DNA of 62,537 bases from Candidatus Woesearchaeota archaeon (GTDB lineage Archaea; Nanobdellota; Nanobdellia; Pacearchaeales; GW2011-AR1): assembly GCA_964527365.1 (NCBI GenBank), contig CAZGQV010000001.1, forward strand, positions 8,828 to 71,364. The letters run 5' to 3'. A program made the translations under genes and the position numbers. Each line of letters begins with the position of its first letter. Positions within the stretch are counted from its first letter, which is position 1. Below, one piece after another: positions 47,530-58,600 of this stretch. The notes under the pieces were generated by a model. That model saw only the letters and a list, made by a program, of their open reading frames with translations, was not told where the DNA came from and made no database searches.

Positions 47530-47745
47530 ATGGCTAAGAAAAGGGGTTTTAGGAATAGGATTTTATTATTTGCAGTTTATGTCATATTTGCCATTTATTT
47601 TATTAATCTCCAAATATCTTTCTTGATTGTTCCAGAATTTGTTTTAAAATTTAATAATTTGATTTTTTTTGTTGGGGGTTTATTGTTGCTTTTTGCTGCA
47701 TTTAAACAATTAATGAAAACTTCTAGACGAGATTCAATCCTTTAG
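47530..47745 (+). CDS. Small two-TM membrane protein
   Basis: Basic N-terminus and two hydrophobic helices. Confidence 0.7.
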   Translation: MAKKRGFRNRILLFAVYVIFAIYFINLQISFLIVPEFVLKFNNLIFFVGGLLLLFAAFKQLMKTSRRDSIL

Positions 47746-47786
47746 AATTCAATAATATTTATATAGACGTTTTTCATTTTTTAGTT

Positions 47787-49625
47787 ATGTTTAAGGGGTG
47801 TGAAAATAAGAGGGGACAAGTGACTATTTTTATAATAATAGCTTTGGTTATTGTTGTTTTAGTTGGAGGTTATTTTGTTTTTAAGGATACGCTTCGAAAA
47901 CAAGTTATTCCAGAAAATATTTCTCCAATTCAATCAAGTTTTTTATCTTGTTTAGAAGAGGCAACATATACGGGAATTTCTTTAGTTGAAAGTACGGGCG
48001 GATATATTGATCTTCCAGATTTTAAACCAGGTTCTCGTTATCAACCATTTTCATCTCAATTAACTTTTGCAGGAATTGAAATTCCTTACTGGTATTATGT
48101 TTCTGGTTCTAATATTCCTAGAGAAAATGTCCCTTCTAAAAAAATGATTGAAGGAGAAATTGCAAAATTTGTTGAGGAAAGAATAATTTCTTGTAATTTG
48201 AATGATTATGTAGATCAAGGTTTTCAAATTTTTAGGGGGGAACCTAAAGCAGAAGTTATTATTAAAGATGAAACAGTAACGGTGAATTTAGAAATGGATT
48301 TATCTATGGAAAGAGATCTTGATACTTTCTTAATTAATGAACATGTAATTGAAGTTAAATCTCAATTGGGTGAACTTTATGGGGCTGCCATGGCTGTTTA
48401 TGAAGAAGAACAAAATAGTTTGTTTTTAGAAAATTATTCTGTTGATGTTTTGCGACTTTATGCTCCAGTTGATGGGGTTGAATTAACCTGTTCTCCATTA
48501 ACCTGGGGAGCAGAACAAGTTTTTCAAGAAATAAGGGAAGCTTTAGAAGTGAATATTTTATCTTTAAAGAATATTGGTGGTAAAAAAGATTATTTTTTAG
48601 TTGAAAATTTACCTACTAATGTTAAAGTTAATTTTGTGACTTCACAAACTTGGCCAAATTATTTGGAAGTGAATCCCACTGAGGGAAGTTTATTGATTTC
48701 TAAACCTGTGGGGAATCAAAATGGGTTGGGTATTTTAGGATTTTGTTATGTCCCCTACCATTATGTTTACAATGTTCGTTATCCCGTTTTAGCTCAAGTC
48801 TCAAAAGGAGATGAAGTATTCCAATTTCCAATGAGTGTGGCAATTGAAGGAAATGTTCCAAGAAAAGCAAAAGAAGGTGTTTCTATTGCTCCCGAAATTA
48901 TTGATTTATGTTCGGATAAAAACACTTTAATTACTGTTAATGTTTTTGATACAAATCTTGAGTCCATTGATGCAGAAATTTCTTATGAATGTTTTGGATC
49001 TACTTGTGAAATTGGAAAGACTGTTAATGGTGAATTGAAAGACCTTTTACCCCAATGTGCTAACGGTGATTTAATTATCAAATCGGAAGGTTATCGTGAT
49101 TTGAGGCTTATGTATTCTAGTGTTAATCCTGGAAGCAGCGTTGCTGTTTTATATCGGGAATACGAAAAAGAAATTTCATTAACTTTGGAAAATCAACCTT
49201 TTTCTAAAAAAGTAATAATTAGTTTTATTGGGGAGGAAGATACTCAAACTCTTATTTATCCGGAAAACAATAAAGTGAAGTTGAGTGAAGGAAATTATGA
49301 GATTCAAATTACAATTTATGGGGAATCAAGTATTAGTTTTGGTGAGACTGTTCAAGAACAATGTGTGACTATTCCAAGCACAGGTGTTGGAAGTTTGATT
49401 GGACTTGAAAAAACAGAATGTTTTGATATTGTATTTCCTGAACAAGATATTAGTGATGTTTTAATTGGGGGAGGAACTATTGATTATTTCTTTTTAGATT
49501 CAGAATTGGATGGGGAGGGAAGGATTTTAATTAATTCCCCTGGACTAAATATTCCAAAAACATTAGAAGAATTACAACAAAACTATTTACTCTTTGAAGT
49601 GAGTGAATTGGAGGTGAATTTATGA
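47787..49625 (+). CDS. Large pilin-like surface protein with class III signal peptide
   Basis: NKRG/QVTIFIIIALVIV; scattered Cys; overlaps next start (ATGA). Confidence 0.82.
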   Translation: MFKGCENKRGQVTIFIIIALVIVVLVGGYFVFKDTLRKQVIPENISPIQSSFLSCLEEATYTGISLVESTGGYIDLPDFKPGSRYQPFSSQLTFAGIEIPYWYYVSGSNIPRENVPSKKMIEGEIAKFVEERIISCNLNDYVDQGFQIFRGEPKAEVIIKDETVTVNLEMDLSMERDLDTFLINEHVIEVKSQLGELYGAAMAVYEEEQNSLFLENYSVDVLRLYAPVDGVELTCSPLTWGAEQVFQEIREALEVNILSLKNIGGKKDYFLVENLPTNVKVNFVTSQTWPNYLEVNPTEGSLLISKPVGNQNGLGILGFCYVPYHYVYNVRYPVLAQVSKGDEVFQFPMSVAIEGNVPRKAKEGVSIAPEIIDLCSDKNTLITVNVFDTNLESIDAEISYECFGSTCEIGKTVNGELKDLLPQCANGDLIIKSEGYRDLRLMYSSVNPGSSVAVLYREYEKEISLTLENQPFSKKVIISFIGEEDTQTLIYPENNKVKLSEGNYEIQITIYGESSISFGETVQEQCVTIPSTGVGSLIGLEKTECFDIVFPEQDISDVLIGGGTIDYFFLDSELDGEGRILINSPGLNIPKTLEELQQNYLLFEVSELEVNL

Positions 49626-52600
49626 GATTAAATAATAAATTTCTTTTTGGAATTTTATTAGTTTTTATTTTATTAATTGGACTTGGTTCAGCGTATATGA
49701 GTTCGGATTCTAAATTTATTGAATCTAGAACCGGGGTTTTTCAAATGGATGAATTAATGTCTTTTAATACAGATATGTGTCAGGAAGGAACAGATTTTGT
49801 TGTTCAAATTCCTCTTTTGGGTTGTACGCCAGCAGTAGTTAGAAGTGATTTACTTGAAGAACAGGATGTGCCAGTATTTTGCGAATTGAGTGCAATTAAA
49901 ATTAATCCTTTGGTAAATATTGAAGCAATAGATTCTATTAATTTTGCTGGAAGCATATATCCTCCCGAAGTTAGAACAATTGGTTTTCATCCTAGTTATT
50001 CTGCACTTGGAGAAAATAGAAAATTGAATAACATGATGTGGGATAATATTGGTTATGCAGTTATTTGGTTAAGGCAACAAAAAAATGAATCCGCTTTAAT
50101 AAATTGTAAGAAGGAAGGATTAAGTGAAATTTGCCGAGTTAATGGAACTTTAAGTGCAAAAATTAGGTACGATTTGGAAGGAGCTTTTGGTTTGAGACGT
50201 CATTCATTTTATCTTCCTGCAATGAGTGATTCTGAATTTAGTTCTCGATATGGACAATATGCTTTTTTTGATAGAAAAGGGTTTTTGAGAGCAGAAAATG
50301 TAGATAACACTGGTGCTTCAATTGTAATATATTCTGGAAGAAATGAAAATCTTGTTGGAATGAGTTCTTCAGGACAAAATGATAAACAAAAAGTTGCTCA
50401 ATTAAATTTGGATGTTGGGGAAACTTCAGGGGATATGTTTTTACCAGGGTTTGATTGTTTAGCAACGGTTAAATTTCGTTTAGATGGAATTGAATCTCCT
50501 GATGCGAGAGCAAAATTACTTATTAATTCTGAATCAATTGAATTAAAGAAAGGAGAAACTTTTTTAGAAAATAAATGTAAAGTTGTTGATCTTGAAAAAA
50601 TTGGTTTGAATCAAGTTGTTAAATTAAATTGTAATGACGATGAAAGAATGGGAACTTTTTCTTTAAGAATTACACCCAGTATTAATTTGAGCGTTAATGG
50701 AGTTTCTAAAAATTATAAAGTTGGAGAGAAAATTTTTAATACAACTGAGGGAAAATATGTCTATTTAGCTTACGTTTCCACCAAAAGTGTGGATGGTTTT
50801 GAAACAGGAAATCCATTGGATCTTGGAGCTTATCTTATTGCTATTCCTAAAAATGTTCCTGTTTTGGGAGATTCTGAATTAAGCCAAGCAGCTAATTTGT
50901 TTGATAGTTTGACTTTAGAAGAAGGAAATTTTGAAGATATTGCGAGTCTTTTTTCTGGAACAATTTCAAATTTTTGGTATTGGATGCAAGCTGGATCAAA
51001 TTTTAAGTATGTTCATTTTAATAAGGGAATAAAATTTGATGATAAGGAAATAGAAATTTTAGGTTTTGGAGAGGCAGGAAATGTCTTTTTAGAAGAGGTG
51101 TCTTCTGAGTATTATACTTCTGCATTGAGTGAGTATGATCTTGTTTCAAATAGTTTTTCTAATGAGAAATATGATGATAAAACTTACCAAGCAGAGATTA
51201 GTTTGGGTGAAAGGTCTTTATATGGGAAAATTAATTTGGCAAATGCATTACATCAAAAAAGTGATGTAAGGATTTTTTGCGAAGAATTTATGGGTTCTTA
51301 TTCTGAGACTAAACTTGATTTATCAATTTGCGAGGATTTAGAAAAGATGGCGAATACAGATATTTCTACAAAAGATGTTTTAATTGATGGGAATTGGAAG
51401 AGGATTTCTTTCGAAAGAATTTATGAACCTTCTTATGAAGATTATGGGATTGAAATTAATGTTCGGAGTAAAGACGGAGCCACAAATGAAGATTATAAAA
51501 TGAAAAAAGATTCTACAATTCTTTTGACAGATTTTATTAAAGAAAATCATGTTTTTATGGTTGAGTCTTCTTTGGAAGTTAATGTATTACATATAAAATA
51601 TTCTAATGGTGGGTGGATTTGGACACCAGATAATCAAAATTGGATGAGTGTATCAAAATTAATTATTTCTGTAGGAGAATCATCTGGTAAGTCGCTTTCG
51701 GCAAAAAATCAGGAATTGTTTACTTCAATAAAAGATACTGATTTTAAAACTGGAAGTAAAATTCTTTTAAGGGCACAAGGGACATTGGATTCAATAAAAT
51801 TAGTTGAAGTTCATGAGGATGAAGCAGTTCTTGAATTTAATTTATATAATAAATCAAAAATTCAAACCACATATGATTTTTTAGGAAGCAAAAAAAATGT
51901 TCTGGAAAAAGGAGTTCAAGTAAGTTTTGGAAGTGATTATATTTTTACTTTAAAGAAAGCTAATATCGAACAATTAGCCAAGGTTTCAGTTATTCCAAAT
52001 ATTAATTATGCTGGGAGTGAAGTTAATTTTTCTTTTAATATTGGTGTTGAAAAAAGAGCTATTCAGTTATCTCCAGAAAAAGCACAAAATAGGGTTGATA
52101 AATTAAATAAAACAATTGAAGATTGGAGAAAGAGGTCAGAGTCTTTAGGTGATGTTGTTCAAACAATGAAAACTGCTTGTTTGGGAGTTGGTGCTGCTTT
52201 AACTGTTAAGAATTTAATTGGGGGAGCTGGGGGAAAAACAATTGCCCGAGAAGATGTGATGTATGGTTCTGGAGGTTGGTATGAAGAATGCGCGGACAAG
52301 AAAATTGGCGATGTAACTTATAGTAGTGAAGAAGATTGTCTTTTCAAAAATGCAGATAAAATTGATGCAGAGGTTAATCAAATAACTGCTGCAATTAATA
52401 AACAAAATAGTGAAATTAAACAAATACAATCTCCTTATACTGAAGAAAAATTGTTAGGCCAAAATGTTGTAGATACTGCAAAATTTATTGGAGATTATTC
52501 TATAAAAGTTAATGAAAGTTTGAATTGGATTAAAGGGGCAGATGTATATGAAGGGGAGAAAGAAATAAAAACTTTAGATAATGTTCAAAAAGTTTTAGAT

Positions 52601-55600
52601 GGGGAGAACTGGGAAAGTGGAATTTATAGTGTAGAACAAGCAAAAAAAATTGAATTATATTCTGAGTTATTAAAGGAAGATCCAGAAAATGAGGCATATA
52701 AACAGAGGTTACTGAAAGCGTTAACAGATGTTGGAGTAAATAGTGAGAAACATTTGGCTTTGCAAAATTTGCAGAATAATGTTGTTAATTCTGGTTTAGA
52801 AAAAAGTATTGTTAGAATTTATTCTGGTGAAGGTGCAAAAACAGAAATTTATGATGGAGATGTGGTTCCAGCAACAGATTTTGGTTTAATGCCCGTGGGT
52901 AAACCGATACAATCAATTTATGTTGATGGTTCACTTCATTATGTTATTTTAAATGTAACAAAAGAGAACAAATATTTTATCTGGAAAGTATATAATGAAA
53001 GTAAGTTGGAGGTTTCAAAAGGTAAATCAGATATAATTAAAAGTAAATATGATTATTTTCAAAAATATGATTCTAAAAGTTATCACAATGCTTATGCAAA
53101 GGATGCAGAACCAAAAGTGAAATATTATGAAAATGATCCTTACAAAGGACTTCCAGCTTTGGTGCCTTTTGACCGAATAAATGGATGGTATGTTTACATT
53201 AAACAAACAATTCCAACTGGAAGTACAATTAGAGCATATGATGATTCTGGAAAAGTAAATAGTTTTTGGTTATGTAATGTTGGACAAAATGGATTAGAAC
53301 AATTTGATAATAATTTGGGAGATGATATTTGTCAAATGATTAATCTTGGAACTGGTCAACCGTATAATCAATTTCCTGGTTTGAAAACTTCTGAGGCTAA
53401 AGAATTGGTTGATGATGCACAAAAAGCAATTTATGAATCATCTAGACTGTATGGCGAGGGAGTTAAGAAAGCAACAATTTTAAATGAACAATTTGAAGTT
53501 GGTAGTCCAGCACTTGATATTCCTGGAATTAAATGTACTGATTATATGTCTCCTAAAGATTGTAAACTTTTATTCAATGTTTGTGATCCTGTTATTTGTC
53601 CAAATAGTCGATGTGATTTTGGTGGAGCATATCCTGTTCCCGACGTGATTCAATCTGGAATTATTGGAAGTATAGCTTTATGTTTACCAAATTTTAATGA
53701 AGGTATTTATGTCCCAGTTTGTTTGACTGGTGTTAAAGCTGGAATTGATGGTTATTTATCTATTGCTCAAGCTTATCAAGATTGTTTGGTTCATAATTTG
53801 GAAACTGGCGAAACTATTGGGGTGTGTGATGAGATTCATAGTATTTATTTATGTGAATTTTTCTGGAGACAAGCTTTTCCTTTGGCTAAACTTGCTATTC
53901 CAAAATTAATGGGGATTTTAACTGGACAAAATAGCCGGGGAGGGGGAGAATATATGGGCATAGAAGCAGCTTGGGAAAATGCTAAAAATTCTATTAGTTA
54001 TTTTACACAATTTTATGCTACAAATTCTTACAAAGCGTTTAAAGCAAGGAGTACTGAAGAGATTGGAAGTGCTGCTTGTGGAAGTTTTGTTTCTGTCGCT
54101 TACCCTAATGGCCAGGGAGTTTTGGATGTTTTAACAGAATCTGATAGCCCCCCACAATTTAATGCAAAATTTGATGCAATTCCCTTTACAACAACGACGG
54201 TTCCTCCAATTAATCAGTATAAGGTCTTTTATCATATTTACGCTGGTAATGACCGTGGAGCTTATTTTAAAGTATATTTGAGGGGGGATCCTGGAGGATC
54301 TTATTTTCAAGGAACTGGTTTTGGAAAAAGTGTTGCTTCAGGTTATATTGCTAAGGGAGAATATGCAAGTGAAACGGTTGATTTTACTGCTCCAGAAGGA
54401 TATAGAGAATTATGTGTTGTTGTGAATGATCAGGAAGAATGTGGTTTTGCCCAAGTAACTAGTAATTTTGCACTTGATTATATTAAGGATCAATATATTA
54501 AGAATCAGGCAACAAATGAGGATATTAAAACTGAAGAAGAATGTATTTCTGGAACTCCAAATGTTTATAGTTTATTGAACCCCAATATCCAAGAGGGGGT
54601 TGATAGTTTAATTGATCCTGCAATTTATGAAAAGGGGATAATTCGAATTTGTGCAACGGATAGTCCTGGAAGTGGGAGTGATGTTTTTGATGGAAAAGAA
54701 GGCAGCCGATGGGAAGAAGTAGGTTATTGTGGAAATGAAAAAATGAGGTGTTGGATTGATACAGAAAGTATTAAGGACGCTGTTGAATTTGAAACAACTT
54801 ATAATCAATCTATTACAGAATTAGAAGGAGATGTTAGTGAGTTTTTGAAAGATAATAATTATATGACTCCTGAAAATTTTTCTTTGTTTTTAGAAAAGTT
54901 AAAAGCGGAAAAGGATGCAACAAAAAATATTGAATCTATTAATGGAATTTTTGAAAAAATATTCATGAATAATCAAAATGGTTATTTGCATTATTTGCTT
55001 GGGGGATTTTATGGGGAACTTGCTAATATTTTACATAGTAAAAAAGTAGTAGATTCTAAAATGTCTCCTTCAAATCTTAGAGAAAAAATTATTGAATATG
55101 CAGAATTAAAAGTTGGAAAAGATTGTGGTGAAGATTGTTATGCTTCTGTTAAGGCAATTTATGATGAATTGGGAATTAATGCCCAATGTGTTTATTCAAT
55201 TTCTTCCTCTACTGAGTTAAGTCAACCTCTTTGTTCAAAATGTGGTTGTGATAAAAATGAGGATGGGAATTGTGTGAATTGTCCCCGTGAACAATATGAA
55301 TTAAAGTCGGCCGATTTAATTCAAGTTTATAATGCTAATGAAGTTTCATCCACGGGCGGACATAATTTTATTTTTGAAAGTTGGAAAGATTCAAAAAATT
55401 ATATCGCAAATATTTTTAGCCAAAATTATGATACTCGACTTCTTGAAAAAAAAGAATATGAAATTTCTCCAATTTATCGTCCTGTAACTGTTATTTGGGA
55501 ACCAGAACTTAAAGGTTATGGGGAAAGTTGTAATGAAGGTGTTGAAGGAACGTGTTTGAGTACTATCTTAGATAAAGATGGATGTACAACTAAATTTGAA

Positions 55601-58600
55601 CCTAAATTTTGTGAAGGTCCAACTCATGTTCAATGTTGTTTGGCTGAGGAAAAAGATGAATTTTCTGATTTTGAAAAATCTTTAGATTTAGTGAATCCAA
55701 TTTTGGAATTAGATAATGTCTGTTACAATTTTTTAGGGGGAGATTGGAAATGGACAAAAGAATGTGATCTTGCTAGAGAAGGATATAAATCAATTGGGTA
55801 TGTGGGGGGAGTTAATATTGTCCAAGCTAAATGGTTAGACACAAATGTTTTTAAAAATCCTTATGGTTCTGATCCTACTGTGAATTCAAAGGAAATTATT
55901 TTATTATTGGAGAGTAAGAAATCTTTTGATGAAGGATTGGATTTATTGATTAATCGTGCAGTGGATTCAAGAAAAGTTTTGAGTACTTCCTTTGTTGAAA
56001 TGAATAGAAATAAAATATTTGAATTGACTGGATTTAAAGATGTTGAAATAGTATATTTTTATTATCAAAATGATGCATGGTATTGGAGTCCAGACAAATT
56101 AGATTCAACAGAGGGTGGTTGGATATTAATTAATGAAGCGGGTGTTCGGGGTGGAAAAATTTCTACAAATATTTTAGGATCAATTGTGAATTTTGCTTCT
56201 TTTGATTTTTTTCCAGACATAGATGTAACAACCTTGCTTTTAGGTGAGGAAGATTTTATTGAATTATTTGAGAAGAAGGATTTTAAGGAAGGTTCAAAAT
56301 TACTTTTTTTTGTAAATATGGATAATTTAGAAGATGTTATTTATGGGTTGGGGAGAAATGTTGTTCCCAAACAAGACGTGGTTGTGGGGGAATTGATTAC
56401 TTTGGAGGAAGCAATGAAGAAAATACTTTTGCTGGAAGGAGATTATTCTGACAATAAAAATAAATTGTTAATTGATAATATGTATAAATCTGGAATTTTG
56501 AGTGAGGAAGAATATTGTGATGTGGCTGGGAAAGATATCAATTCTAAGAGTGCTTGGAGCAATACGTGGAATGTTGAAGAGGATATGGATTATGTTAAGG
56601 AAATTTTAATTCAAAAGAGTTTAGAAAAATATAATCAAAAGTGGATTGTATCTGCCATTTTATTGAAGTTAAATTTAATTGAAAAAGGAAATTATTTTGA
56701 TAACAATGTTTTGATAAATGTTTGGAAAGATCAAGGGCTTTTAGAAGAAGAAGAATATGCTAAGATTAAGGAGAACCCCTCTGATGATAGGATTGTTTAC
56801 AATTTGATAAAATATTTTGAGGGAAGAAAAGATTTGACTTATCCAGCGGTTTCAGGAGAAAGTTGTGTTATTAATCCTTCGAAGAGAAATATTAAAACAA
56901 CAATTAATTATTTAGAATCTCAGGAAGTAGATGTTTCTATTGTTGATAAGGAAGTTGAACAAATTTATCAGAGAGAAATTACTAGAGAAGAAGGATATAA
57001 TCCTCAAGAAAGTACTATTTCAAAAATTGAGAGGTTGGAAGAGGAAAGGGTTGATTTAACATCAATTGAAAATAAAATAGATTCAATTATTGTTGCAGAA
57101 CGTATTTGTATACAAGAGAATGTTTTTGAAGAAGAAACAGTTCCAGAAGAAACAATCTTAGAAGAAATTACTATTTCTGATAAAGTAAAAATTTTACAAA
57201 ATTATTATCAAAATTCTTTGAAATTATCTGGGAAATATTCTGAAGGAGCAATAATGGATTTTGTTGAAGATTTAAAATCCGAGAGAATATTATATCCTGT
57301 TGAATATGATGATATTAGGGGGGTGATTACTAGAAATGAAGATATGAATTATGTTCAAAGGCTTTTGGCAGCTAAATTAGCAAAGATAAAAGCTGTTTCA
57401 ACTTATGGGAAAAGAACTTTATCTATTTCAGAAAGAGATTCAATTTTTGATAATTGGATTCCTTCTCAAGATTATTTAGGATCAGTTCCCCCAGCAAAAT
57501 GTGATATGTGTAAATCTGGAACATTTGATTCATGTAGTCTTGAAGAATGTTATGCCATTTCAGTTTTTGGGGGATTAGATTGTGCTTTTTACGAGGGATA
57601 TTTTTCTAATTCTTGTGAAAAACAAAATTATTTTTTTGGTGATTTAATTGTAATTGAACAGGAAGAAGTTTTGGTAGAAGAGGAAGAAGAAATAATTCAA
57701 GTTGGAATTGCTAAAGTTTATCAAAATGAATTAAATATTTTTCAATCTTTTGTTGATTCAAATGGGTTTAATTTTGAAGAAGAATTTGACAATGTTGTGA
57801 TAAAATCAAATCATTTTGATAAATATACAATTAATAATAAAAATTTTGTTGATTTATCTGGGCTTTCGGAATTAACCTTTTTAGAAGAATTAAATTTACA
57901 AAATAATAAAATTATGAATCTTTCACCCTTAAGAAACTTAAATAATTTAATTTATTTGAATGTTGAGAAAAATTGTTTACAAGATGAAAATGAACTTAAC
58001 TTTTATTCTCAAAAACTTAAAGAGAGTTTTCTTTATGGTCAGAATCCTAGGTCTGATTGTGAGGAGGAAATAGAAGTTTGTGAAATTATTCCCTCCTTAT
58101 ATGAAATAATTGAAGATGATGGTCTTAGTTGGAATGAAAAAGTTGCAGATTCTACAAATTATTTTTTAGGTAAACCCGTTCCTAATGCTAACAAGGATAA
58201 TTGTTTTACTTCTGCAAATGCTATTTATTTTGCAGTAGGTTTTGGAACAACCTGTAAATATTCTGACCTTGTTGGAAAAAATTATCAAATTAGATCTAAC
58301 ACAATAATTACTAAATCGTCTGGAATATTTGTAGTAAATCCTTCTGCATGTTCAAAAGCGGGAGGGAAAATTGATTTAAGTCAAGAAGAAAAATTAAATT
58401 TATTGAAACAAGGAGACATGGTAGATTTAGTATATGGCGGGCATTTACAACACACAGTTATTTTTAATGGTTGGGAAAATAAGGGAAATTATGATGCAAA
58501 TTTGGTTGATTGGAATGGAGGTTCTTCTGGAAACAAAATATATAGGGAATTTAGCGCAAATTTAGCAGATGATGAAACTCCAGTATATCTTATTCGTGGA

